34,617 bases of DNA, from positions 1 through 34,617 of IMG/VR virus record IMGVR_UViG_3300025101_003920; one strand, written 5' to 3'. Of this stretch, positions 7,617-15,741 are shown one piece after another; within the stretch, counting starts at the first letter, position 1, and each line of letters opens with the position of its first letter. Source of the stretch: a virus (lineage: Duplodnaviria; Caudoviricetes). Made by a program: the position numbers and the translations under genes. Below the pieces are notes generated by a model. The model did not search any database and had not been told where the DNA came from. It worked only from the letters and a program-made list of their open reading frames with translations.

Positions 7617-7938
7617 AATAGAGGGCTACCACAGCGTCCTCTGCAGGACGTGGAGCCTGAGTGTCTTCATCCAGTGGAAGTTCCTGCTGGATAGAAGGAG
7701 CTCGCTTTACAGGTTTCGGAGTAGGGCGATCCCAACGGCGCTTAGCCGTGTGACGCTCCAAGTCGTAACCGTAAGACGCATAGTTCACCATGCAGTCTTG
7801 AAGCTGTGTGTATGAGCGGAATACTCTGCAACGGTTAGTAGTACCACCGTATGCAATATATACGCCATCACACTGAGCGAATGTCCAAGTTGACAGACCT
7901 TTGGCAGTCATCTTGGTAAGAGTAGCGAGTTTACGCAT
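7615..7938 (-). CDS. hypothetical protein
   Basis: MRKLATLTKMTAKG..., 107 aa from ATG 7938. Confidence 0.7.
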   Translation of the reverse strand: MRKLATLTKMTAKGLSTWTFAQCDGVYIAYGGTTNRCRVFRSYTQLQDCMVNYASYGYDLERHTAKRRWDRPTPKPVKRAPSIQQELPLDEDTQAPRPAEDAVVALY

Positions 7939-7956
7939 ATAGATACTTAAGTATCG

Positions 7957-8007
7957 AAAGAACACGACAAAATAAAGGCGTCAATAGACGCCCTTGTGTG
8001 TTCATGC
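7957..8007. repeat. 51-bp exact direct repeat, copy 1 (hairpin element)
   Basis: AAAGAACACGACAAAATAAAGGCGTCAATAGACGCCCTTGTGTGTTCATGC. Confidence 0.9.
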
Positions 8008-8178
8008 TTCGCTTAGGTAGCCCCAAGTCATGCCGACGAGGCCACATAAGCCAAGGAACCAGAAGTTGGTATAGCTCCATACGATGTAGGAGTGATACCA
8101 AGCTGGTCCGAAGAAAAACAGCAATGCAGAGAGAGCTAGTCCGAGGACAGCGCCGAAGATTGCAGGTTTAATGGTCAT
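8002..8178 (-). CDS. small membrane protein (58 aa, ~2 TM)
   Basis: MTIKPAIFGAVLGLALSALLFFFG...FWFLGLCGLVGMTWGYLSEA. Confidence 0.65.
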   Translation of the reverse strand: MTIKPAIFGAVLGLALSALLFFFGPAWYHSYIVWSYTNFWFLGLCGLVGMTWGYLSEA

Positions 8179-8191
8179 GTGCACAGCACAT

Positions 8192-8242
8192 AAAGAACAC
8201 GACAAAATAAAGGCGTCAATAGACGCCCTTGTGTGTTCATGC
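8192..8242. repeat. 51-bp exact direct repeat, copy 2 (hairpin element)
   Basis: Identical to 7957-8007. Confidence 0.9.
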
Positions 8243-8464
8243 AGGTGAACCCGGCATAGCCGGTGTAGGGGCATCACCCCAAGCAGCACTGCGGATGCAG
8301 TAGCTGTAGAGATGTCCCCATTCACCTTCGTAGTAATCGATAAGGCTTTCGCAAGCCTTGTAACTACGTGGAGCATATGGCATATCTTGCCAGCAGTTGC
8401 TCCAAGGATTTGTAGTGTCAGGTTTACGCTCGCGAAACCAAACACGGCACAGACCTGGAATCAT
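8237..8464 (-). CDS. hypothetical protein
   Basis: MIPGLCRVWFRERKP..., 75 aa, between elements. Confidence 0.65.
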   Translation of the reverse strand: MIPGLCRVWFRERKPDTTNPWSNCWQDMPYAPRSYKACESLIDYYEGEWGHLYSYCIRSAAWGDAPTPAMPGSPA

Positions 8465-8479
8465 TGGAAGGTATATAAA

Positions 8480-8523
8480 GAACACGGAGAAAGAAACCCG
8501 TCGATAGACGGGCTCCAGTGTTC
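8480..8523 (-). promoter_or_regulatory. hairpin element with outer stem
   Basis: GAACAC-N11-CCCGTC-GATA-GACGGG-N5-GTGTTC; additional GGAG/CTCC pairing. Confidence 0.8.
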
Positions 8524-8695
8524 AGAACGGAATGTCCGCAGGTTCCGTAGGCTTGACATAGTCAATACGTACGTCTTCCCAGTCCTCAAAGGACTTGGCG
8601 TATGCCTGTGCTTCGTGATAGGTATCGAAGTACTCGCGAGTAGCTTCGGGAATACCATCGTCACAGTAAACTTCGAAGTAGGAAACTGTGTACAT
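8522..8695 (-). CDS. small acidic protein (57 aa)
   Basis: MYTVSYFEVYCDDGIPEATREYFDTYHEAQAYAKSFEDWEDVRIDYVKPTEPADIPF. Confidence 0.65.
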   Translation of the reverse strand: MYTVSYFEVYCDDGIPEATREYFDTYHEAQAYAKSFEDWEDVRIDYVKPTEPADIPF

Positions 8696-8709
8696 CTGAA
8701 TGATGTAAA

Positions 8710-8755
8710 GAACACAGTGAACGAAACCCGCCGATAGGCGGGCTCTCATGTGTTC
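8710..8755 (-). promoter_or_regulatory. hairpin element with outer stem
   Basis: GAACAC-N11-CCCGCC-GATA-GGCGGG-N7-GTGTTC. Confidence 0.8.
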
Positions 8756-8768
8756 AAGGGCAAAGCCC

Positions 8769-8885
8769 TCAAAGCCAGCCATCCTCGGGACGAGGAGCTG
8801 GACAACCGCAGAGACGCCACCAGCGATGACAAAGCTCACCGCGAAGGCGATACGAAAGCGGCAGAGAAAGGAGGAAACGACGCAC
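8769..8885 (-). CDS. possible micro-ORF (38 aa)
   Basis: GTG start, MRRFLLSLPLSYRLRGELCHRWWRLCGCPAPRPEDGWL, between elements. Confidence 0.35.
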   Translation of the reverse strand: MRRFLLSLPLSYRLRGELCHRWWRLCGCPAPRPEDGWL

Positions 8886-8901
8886 GAGCAAAGCGAGCAA
8901 A

Positions 8902-8944
8902 GAACACAACTGACTAGACACGTCGATAGACGTGAAGTGTGTTC
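8902..8944 (-). promoter_or_regulatory. hairpin element with outer stem (most upstream copy)
   Basis: GAACAC-N11-CACGTC-GATA-GACGTG-N4-GTGTTC. Confidence 0.8.
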
Positions 8945-9069
8945 AGTAATTGAATTGATGAGAGATGACTACACGCATAAGTTACGCATCAGTGATGCAG
9001 TCAACGGATGATACATGTGTCATCAATGAATACACATACGTTGCAACATCTGATCTAAACGAAAGGAAG

Positions 9070-9220
9070 ACTTGAGTTAGACGATTGCAACTTGTGTGGA
9101 AACTCAACTGTTACAACATAAGTAACTTACATGTGAAACAACTTAAGTAAACTTATGAATTGAAACTTGAGTTTGAATCTGTTGTTAGAACAAAAGTAAA
9201 TCACAAGTAAAAACTTGAGT
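9070..9220. repeat. cluster of (A)ACTT(G/A) motifs in the non-coding divergence region
   Basis: ACTTGAGT 9070, AACTTGTGT 9089, AACTTAC 9124, AACTTAAGT 9140, AACTTATG 9150, AACTTGAGT 9164 and 9212. Confidence 0.5.
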
Positions 9221-9536
9221 GTATTTTTTTTGTTCCACCGGGTAGGCGGGTACAACAGGGATTAGACGTGTCAAAAATTTTGTAGCATTTTTAGGACCCT
9301 ATAGAGCGGTTTTTTGTGCCTGATTAAATGTGCCGACTCGTATCCCAGAATCTTTGGGTATATGTGGGATATTTTACGGTACATACCATATATGGCTGTG
9401 TTTGTGCTAATTAACACAAGACAGTCGGGCAGTGCGATGCTGCTTGTTTGGAATCAAACTACAGACCACGCCAAATACGGCAGTTTTCTATATAACTGTT
9501 TTTAATTCTCTTACTACGCTTCTCTCCATCTTTTTG

Positions 9537-9575
9537 AAAATAACTATATAGGGAAACAGAGTAGCAAGAGTAGTT
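9537..9575. repeat. imperfect direct copy of 677-715
   Basis: AAAATAACTATATAGGGA-N6-GTAGCAAG-N-GTAGTT. Confidence 0.75.
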
Positions 9576-9620
9576 TTGAAGTTAGATAAAATAAAAACAA
9601 TACGCTCAGACAGAAACAAA

Positions 9621-11126
9621 ATGGATAGATTAGCTGGAATGTTAGAGCAATACGGCAAGTTTGGACTTGATAAAAGCCAGATGGCTGCATTGAAAGATAT
9701 TCTGCAAAATAGGAATCCAGGTCCAGGCGTAACTAATGAATTGATCACCTCTGCAGGTAGAAATGATCTATTTACTGGCAAAGGTTACGTAACACCAGGC
9801 ATTAACCCTAATATGCCTAAGGGGTTGCAGGAAATTAAAAATACTCCAGGAATTGAACAATCAAGGCAGAATCTTCTAAATTTTATTGAAAGGTATAAAA
9901 AAGGAACAACAAGTACTTCTGCACCAACCCCTAAAATTCCGGCTGCTCAAAGTGCACCAGTTACACAACCAACATCACCCAATCGAGGTGGTGCTTTAGT
10001 AAGAAATAGTGGAGGTGCTTTAGTAGATACAACTCAGCGTATAAACACTAATACAGCTGCCCCTTCGGGTCCAAGAGGCATGTACACACGCCTGCCTAGT
10101 TCAAGTATTGTGACATCAAATGCCACATCGGCTGCACAAACCCCTGCTGGTAAAAGTGTAGTTAAATCAGTATTAAATAGATCCGCTCCACTTGTAATAG
10201 GTGGCCTAGATGCTGGAGTGCAGATTTCGCAAGGTGAAAATCCATATGTTGCCGGTGGTAGGGCATTTGCATCAATGCTTGGAGGAACAATAGGATCTAC
10301 TGGAGCTATGTTTGTAGGAGGCGAAGGTACTCCACTTGATTATCTAACAATGAGTGGAGGATATAACGAGGGTTCAAAAGTCGGTACAGACATGTTTAAT
10401 AAAGCATTAAACATGTTTGGATACAAACAGAACACACCAAGTGCTCAAACAACTCAACAAATAAAAGCTCCAGAGCAGTCTACTATTCCACCAAACTCAC
10501 AAAATAAGCCTGAGTTTGCTGACTTACATAAATCTGCTACAGAAGCAGCTTTCGCAAAAGCCAAAGAATATAAAGAAGAAATACCTAAGAAACCCGAATC
10601 CAGCCCCGACCTTACACCTACTTCCTCTGTTTATAACGCTCAAGAGCGTGTGAAAAAATATGGTGTAAAAAAAGCCGAAGATATGGGAATGATGGAGTGG
10701 GCGAAAGCAAATAAAGAGTTAGCAGCAAAAGTAAAGCCTGGTCAATCAGGTTATGACGCTATTCAATTTGCATTAGGTAAAACAGAAGTTAAACCAGAAG
10801 ATATTCGCGGCTATATGGACGATACCGGAAGATCTGCAGAAGATGTCAGAGGAATTCTTGGAAAAGGAACTCAAGTCGAAACAGTAATCAGTAAGGGCAA
10901 TCCTGATGTTATGACTATTGGCCCAATCCCTAAAGTAGGTGGACCTGAAGTAGAGATACCAGCTGGCAATTTCAGTGAAATGAGCCAGTCAATTCAAGAT
11001 CTCTTTGCCCCACGTCAAGAAACTGGTGCTACTCCATTCGATTTCGGCTTTCAAAATGTAATGGACCAGCCTTTTTCTCAACCATTCTTGATGAATTTCT
11101 TAAAAAAAGTCCCAGGTACTAAGTAA
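9621..11126 (+). CDS. putative internal virion protein
   Basis: 501 aa from ATG 9621; low complexity with a Gly-rich hydrophobic segment; TAAAAT at 9587. Confidence 0.7.
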   Translation: MDRLAGMLEQYGKFGLDKSQMAALKDILQNRNPGPGVTNELITSAGRNDLFTGKGYVTPGINPNMPKGLQEIKNTPGIEQSRQNLLNFIERYKKGTTSTSAPTPKIPAAQSAPVTQPTSPNRGGALVRNSGGALVDTTQRINTNTAAPSGPRGMYTRLPSSSIVTSNATSAAQTPAGKSVVKSVLNRSAPLVIGGLDAGVQISQGENPYVAGGRAFASMLGGTIGSTGAMFVGGEGTPLDYLTMSGGYNEGSKVGTDMFNKALNMFGYKQNTPSAQTTQQIKAPEQSTIPPNSQNKPEFADLHKSATEAAFAKAKEYKEEIPKKPESSPDLTPTSSVYNAQERVKKYGVKKAEDMGMMEWAKANKELAAKVKPGQSGYDAIQFALGKTEVKPEDIRGYMDDTGRSAEDVRGILGKGTQVETVISKGNPDVMTIGPIPKVGGPEVEIPAGNFSEMSQSIQDLFAPRQETGATPFDFGFQNVMDQPFSQPFLMNFLKKVPGTK

Positions 11127-11169
11127 AAGAAATTATCTACAATAGTTGTAGGTTTTTGCAGTAGAAATA

Positions 11170-13209
11170 GTGTACTTAGAAACTAATCAAGGAAGGCACA
11201 ATACTAATAAGGTTGCATTAAGTAGGCTTTCTGCAAGTGCTGATCCACAGCAGACCCCACATGATATTAATTCTGGGCTAATTAAGTCTGCTGAGTTTCA
11301 AGCTGCCGGTAGAACTCTGGGAATGTCGCCAGAAGAGACCCTGGCAATGGTGTCACGTCAACAAAGACGGCAGCAGCGGAAAGGTGACGGCTTCGATTCC
11401 AAGCAATATTTGCGTCAAATCGCCCAAGCCAGCAAAACTACCACCAATGAAGTGGGCCGTGCAGAGCTTGACGGACTGAGATTTCAAGAAGATGACGAAT
11501 TGACTGCTGCTTTCGGGCAAATGCAGGACGATGAACAGACATATCGCGCCGATGACCGTGGATTTACGGTCGATGAGGAGACTGGACTGCTTCGTAGAGA
11601 GACTTTTGACGAAACTCGGGGCGAAGAAGTCACAATGGCCCCCAAATCTGTCATTACTGACGCATTAAGCGACCTCGAACGCTCTGCTGAGCGTCAAAGG
11701 CGCGGTGTTGGTGGCTCAATGGCACGTGTATTTGGTGGATCCGCCGTTGATAGCGAGACATCCACGGCAATGGACGCCCTTAAGGAGTATTTGCAGAACG
11801 AAAAGCAAAGTGATGCACGTCTTGGTCGAGTACTGGTTCGTCAGGACAACAGACGATTCGATCCTGAGGTACGTGAAGCTAATCAGTTCCGTGCAGACGC
11901 TGAAGCACAGAACATTGCTCGTACTGCGTTCCTAACTGGTGGTGCAGGTGCCTTTGCTGACGACGCTATTGGCCGTATTGGTGAGATGAGGCGGATGGGC
12001 GCTGCTGGTTCCTTAGGGCCTATGGAGCAATCCCAAGTTATTCGCCAAGGAGCCCCTAGCCAATACCCTCAAGCCGAAGAGATTGTTGATGGCACTGGAC
12101 GTGTCGTTGGATATGCCGATCCAGCTACGAAAGTCCCCATTGCTCTGGACCCTCAGCTTGGTATCAGCCTCGCAACTCAAGGATCTAACACTCCTGACAC
12201 TGCTCAGCTAATTAATGCTCCACAAAACCCGCAAACCGCCCGAGAGTGGGCAGCTAGCAACCTTCCTGCCATGACACAGGACACAGGAAGCACTCCTCCT
12301 CGCTACCCCCAAGCAAACATCAGCAAAGAAACGACTGATTTCTCCAACAGAGTGCGGAATGTGCTCCAAGGGATGGAGCTGACAAACACCCCTTCAGTCT
12401 CAAACAATGTTCGGAATCTTGAAGAGGTCGAAGGCGTAGCCAACTTCATTCAAAGGGAGCTGGAGAAGCGTGGCGACACCCTGATGATCCGTAACCCTGA
12501 TGAGACCAGTAGAACCAAAAACATCCCTGCTGGTACTCAGGTCGTTAGTGGTCTGATGCAGAAGCTAGGCATGACAAGCGGTGATGAGGAGCGGTTAGCT
12601 AACTCGATGTTCCAATTGGACGCCGCAAAACGCTCATCGGTTAATCAGAACCCAACTGGCACCTACCTGTCTCGTACAGGAACACCTACTGAAGACGTGA
12701 TTTTCAATGCACCTGCAGAAGGGTTTGGAAGTATGCCTATCGCTCAGCAAGGTGGTGGCACCAGCATTCGTGTTGGTACTGACTCCAGAGGCAAAGCAGT
12801 CAAGCAAGACATCCGCTCTGCCATGGCTGGATTAGATGCACAGCGTGGAGGTGCTGGTGCACAAAAGCCCTTTATCGGTATGCCTGCTGACAGACCTACA
12901 CAGTCCACAGTTCGTGGACCGATGGACGCAACTCTGCTCCAAGAGCCTGTATACAACCGCACTGGACAAACCAACCCTGCAGCCATTCGCTCAACACTTG
13001 AAGGTCTGAGTGACAGACGTGCCAAGAAAGGTGAATCCAAAGCAGACGCTGCTATCCGTCGTAAGCGGAATGAAGGAAACATTATTGGTGCCCAGGCAGT
13101 ACAACGTCGGGCTGATGAAGACCTTACCCGCCGTGCCGATGCAATGAGCACAATCATCGGATCACTGCCACCCATTGCTCGTCGTTCCTCCTTCCCCCGT
13201 AGCCGCTGA
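11170..13209 (+). CDS. large hypothetical protein (putative internal virion protein)
   Basis: 679-aa ORF; TACAAT at 11138. Confidence 0.75.
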   Translation: MYLETNQGRHNTNKVALSRLSASADPQQTPHDINSGLIKSAEFQAAGRTLGMSPEETLAMVSRQQRRQQRKGDGFDSKQYLRQIAQASKTTTNEVGRAELDGLRFQEDDELTAAFGQMQDDEQTYRADDRGFTVDEETGLLRRETFDETRGEEVTMAPKSVITDALSDLERSAERQRRGVGGSMARVFGGSAVDSETSTAMDALKEYLQNEKQSDARLGRVLVRQDNRRFDPEVREANQFRADAEAQNIARTAFLTGGAGAFADDAIGRIGEMRRMGAAGSLGPMEQSQVIRQGAPSQYPQAEEIVDGTGRVVGYADPATKVPIALDPQLGISLATQGSNTPDTAQLINAPQNPQTAREWAASNLPAMTQDTGSTPPRYPQANISKETTDFSNRVRNVLQGMELTNTPSVSNNVRNLEEVEGVANFIQRELEKRGDTLMIRNPDETSRTKNIPAGTQVVSGLMQKLGMTSGDEERLANSMFQLDAAKRSSVNQNPTGTYLSRTGTPTEDVIFNAPAEGFGSMPIAQQGGGTSIRVGTDSRGKAVKQDIRSAMAGLDAQRGGAGAQKPFIGMPADRPTQSTVRGPMDATLLQEPVYNRTGQTNPAAIRSTLEGLSDRRAKKGESKADAAIRRKRNEGNIIGAQAVQRRADEDLTRRADAMSTIIGSLPPIARRSSFPRSR

Positions 13210-13211
13210 TC

Positions 13212-13535
13212 ATGAAACATTCATATCCAACACGTAATACCCAACAGGGTCGTGATACTCAACAAGAAGCACAACGTACTCCACTAAGCACTGGCAAAAT
13301 TAACAGTGCTGCCAAGATTAGGCAGGCACACGATTTAGACAGGCCTGAACAACAAGTTCAAGCTCGTGCTCGTGTGCAGCGATACATGAATGATCCTGAT
13401 AATAAGCAATGGACTGACGAGTTCATGGTTGCCTTTGAAAAGTCAAATCAAGGTCAGGACTGGTATCAAGCTAGATATAATATGGGCAAGCCAGTTAAAC
13501 CTATTAATCAAGAGGACAATAACAATGCTGGGTAA
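13212..13535 (+). CDS. hypothetical protein
   Basis: 107 aa; starts 2 nt after the upstream stop. Confidence 0.7.
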   Translation: MKHSYPTRNTQQGRDTQQEAQRTPLSTGKINSAAKIRQAHDLDRPEQQVQARARVQRYMNDPDNKQWTDEFMVAFEKSNQGQDWYQARYNMGKPVKPINQEDNNNAG

Positions 13536-14028
13536 GACATTAAGCACTGGTGGTAGATTTGCGGGTAACGCTTTAAAGAGTTTATTTAAAGTCCCTGGTA
13601 CAAATCAGTATATGGGAAAAGGCGAACTTACGCTACGCTTATTGCCTGACATATTGTTTGGTGGGCTTGAAGGAGCAATGACGCCAGGAGATATTGGAGA
13701 CAAATTAATTGCAGGAACTTCAACTGCACTAGGAGGTTCATTGGGTGGACTCGGCTTAGGAAGGCTTGGAGGAACAAATCAAGTACTAGGAACAGGGCTT
13801 GATATTGGTGGTTCTATTCTTGGTGACTTTGCTGGTCGTGCTGTTGGAGATCAAATACAACGTGGTAAAGATAAGGTTGCAGGTGGCAAAGGTCTTACCG
13901 CTTATGAACGTTTAAATGAAAAAGATCGCGAGAAACTTGAACAATTAATTCGCGAAGACCAGACCGGACGTATTCTTGCTGAACTCGGGCTGCTCCCTGC
14001 TTCGACACAGAGTGCATTAATTAGCTGA
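13525..14028 (+). CDS. glycine-zipper protein (putative ejection protein)
   Basis: ATG 13525 after GAGGA; ALGGSLGGLGLGRLGG. Confidence 0.7.
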   Translation: MLGKTLSTGGRFAGNALKSLFKVPGTNQYMGKGELTLRLLPDILFGGLEGAMTPGDIGDKLIAGTSTALGGSLGGLGLGRLGGTNQVLGTGLDIGGSILGDFAGRAVGDQIQRGKDKVAGGKGLTAYERLNEKDREKLEQLIREDQTGRILAELGLLPASTQSALIS

Positions 14029-14038
14029 GGCAGTACTG

Positions 14039-15277
14039 ATGGCTGAAGGAAGACGGGAACAAATCAAAAACATCCTGAATGATTTAGGTGCTGGCTTCTC
14101 TGCTGACTATCAGCTTGGTCGTGAGGACAGACGTAATGCGTTTCTCCGTGATCGCAAGCTGAAAGGACAAACAGAAGAATCCACTAAGTGGGACGCAATG
14201 ATGGGTACACACCCTGCCGCGTTCCGGGTACAGGAAGCTCTCGGAATGCTGAGTCCTGAAAAGAAGCAAGCCCTCCAAGAGTTGGATATGAGCTTAAGGG
14301 GCAGCACAGCACACAAAGTGGGGCAGTTTGGTGGAAGCATTGCCAACGACCTGACACAGGACACCACTAGAGGTATCTACTGGCTTCTGAATGCACTACA
14401 AGCAACAGGTGAAGTAATTAACGAACAGACCCTGTCTAGGATTGTTCCTCAGCTATACGAGAAATCTCGTGTACAGAGCACAGATACTCCGTTTACTAAG
14501 AAGAGTGGTGAGGGCAAGCAGCCGCGTTATCTGAATAGAGCAGACGAACAAGCCGTTGGAGAGATGCTGCGTAGGGGCTATGCAAAGCAGATCGACGATC
14601 GCCTGACCGCATCTCGTGGATACAGCTTTGAAGAAGGTGGTGATCTGAAAAAACGGAACTACAGCCCAGGCATGGTTCAGTCTTTAGCAATCCCTACTGG
14701 TATTGCAATCAATACCGGCTTAGGCCTTTTGAGCCCCTTTGGTGGAGCTGAAGGCTATAAGGCTGCACTTCCTTCTAAAGATGATCCAACCAAGACCTCA
14801 AACGTCATTGGTGAAGTTGGACTGAAGTACTTGATGGGTAGAACCGGTCAGCTTCTTCCATACGAACAATTCAAACAGGTAAGACCTGATGTGAGCCGTG
14901 AGGAGTACAACCGTTATCAAGCATTTAAGTATGACAAGCGTGAGGACTACAACCCGCTAGATGGTGACCTAACCATCGGTGCAGGAGCCTTGAAGTTCAC
15001 AGACGAAGGTATCCACGGACCTGAGGTTCAGTTCCTTGGTAGAGGCTTACCTGTCACCACGGGAATTGTTCCCTACCTTGGAGCATTAGCTGGAGGAGCT
15101 GCTGGCGCTAAATATGGTTCTAGATCTAAGCGTGCCGCTATTGGTGGATTAACAGGTGGACTAGCAGGATTAGCAGTTGGTAATGTCACAGGCAATATAA
15201 TTGAATCAGAGAGACGCCGTCGTAACTCTGTTGCTAATCAATTAGAAGGCGGAAACGCAGAACAGTACTTAGGTTAA
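14039..15277 (+). CDS. protein with C-terminal glycine zipper (putative virion protein)
   Basis: 412 aa; LGALAGGAAGAKYG...AIGGLTGGLAGLAVG; GAGG upstream. Confidence 0.75.
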   Translation: MAEGRREQIKNILNDLGAGFSADYQLGREDRRNAFLRDRKLKGQTEESTKWDAMMGTHPAAFRVQEALGMLSPEKKQALQELDMSLRGSTAHKVGQFGGSIANDLTQDTTRGIYWLLNALQATGEVINEQTLSRIVPQLYEKSRVQSTDTPFTKKSGEGKQPRYLNRADEQAVGEMLRRGYAKQIDDRLTASRGYSFEEGGDLKKRNYSPGMVQSLAIPTGIAINTGLGLLSPFGGAEGYKAALPSKDDPTKTSNVIGEVGLKYLMGRTGQLLPYEQFKQVRPDVSREEYNRYQAFKYDKREDYNPLDGDLTIGAGALKFTDEGIHGPEVQFLGRGLPVTTGIVPYLGALAGGAAGAKYGSRSKRAAIGGLTGGLAGLAVGNVTGNIIESERRRRNSVANQLEGGNAEQYLG

Positions 15278-15281
15278 ATCC

Positions 15282-15701
15282 ATGAGCTTTTTAAATCCGG
15301 TTGACGTTGTTAGTTATATGGATTCGTTTGATACGGATAAAGCAGTTAATGCACGTAATAGAGCAGACGCCTTTACAAAAGCAAGTGCTGCTAAAAGGTC
15401 TGGAGCAATGGCAAGTAACGCGGCTCAAATGTTTGGACAAGCTAAGGGTACTGATTTATTAGTTGACGCAGGAGCATATGCACAACAACAAGCGCAAAAC
15501 GCTTCAACATTCGGTAGCATAATGGGGGTAGCAGGAGGTATAGGAAGTATGGGTGTACAAGGTATGTTTGATCCTACGAAAGTATTCCACAATAACGCAC
15601 TATTTGGTCAAACTCCATTTGGAGCAGGAGGAGGTACATTGCCAGATGTATTCGGCAAAAGTGTTGGAACATTTGGACCTAATTATGGAATTCGTCAATA
15701 G
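15282..15701 (+). CDS. Ala/Gly-rich putative ejection protein
   Basis: 139 aa; FGSIMGVAGGIGSMG. Confidence 0.7.
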   Translation: MSFLNPVDVVSYMDSFDTDKAVNARNRADAFTKASAAKRSGAMASNAAQMFGQAKGTDLLVDAGAYAQQQAQNASTFGSIMGVAGGIGSMGVQGMFDPTKVFHNNALFGQTPFGAGGGTLPDVFGKSVGTFGPNYGIRQ

Positions 15702-15741
15702 TAACTAGTTTGATAAACTATACAAAGGCTAATACGCTGAT

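Noticed and set aside
8002-8839. Long ORF-track versions 8002-8445 and 8522-8839
   Set aside because: They read through the intergenic elements; ATG starts at 8178 and 8695 fit the cassette pattern better
3984-8934. Plain intrinsic terminators as the full explanation
   Set aside because: Several copies (129, 8727, 8919) lack a good U-tract, and terminators do not need a conserved loop or a box at fixed 11-nt spacing
3967-8944. CRISPR array interpretation of the repeated palindromes
   Set aside because: Repeats vary in sequence, intervals are irregular, far longer than spacers and contain ORFs, and no cas genes are present
3967-8944. Canonical integron
   Set aside because: No integrase in the window; elements are about 45 nt and lack full RYYYAAC/GTTRRRY and L boxes; kept only as an analogy
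9314-9781. ORFs 9314-9505 (+) and 9488-9781 (-)
   Set aside because: No RBS or recognisable motif; they overlap the repeat region or are antisense to a larger gene
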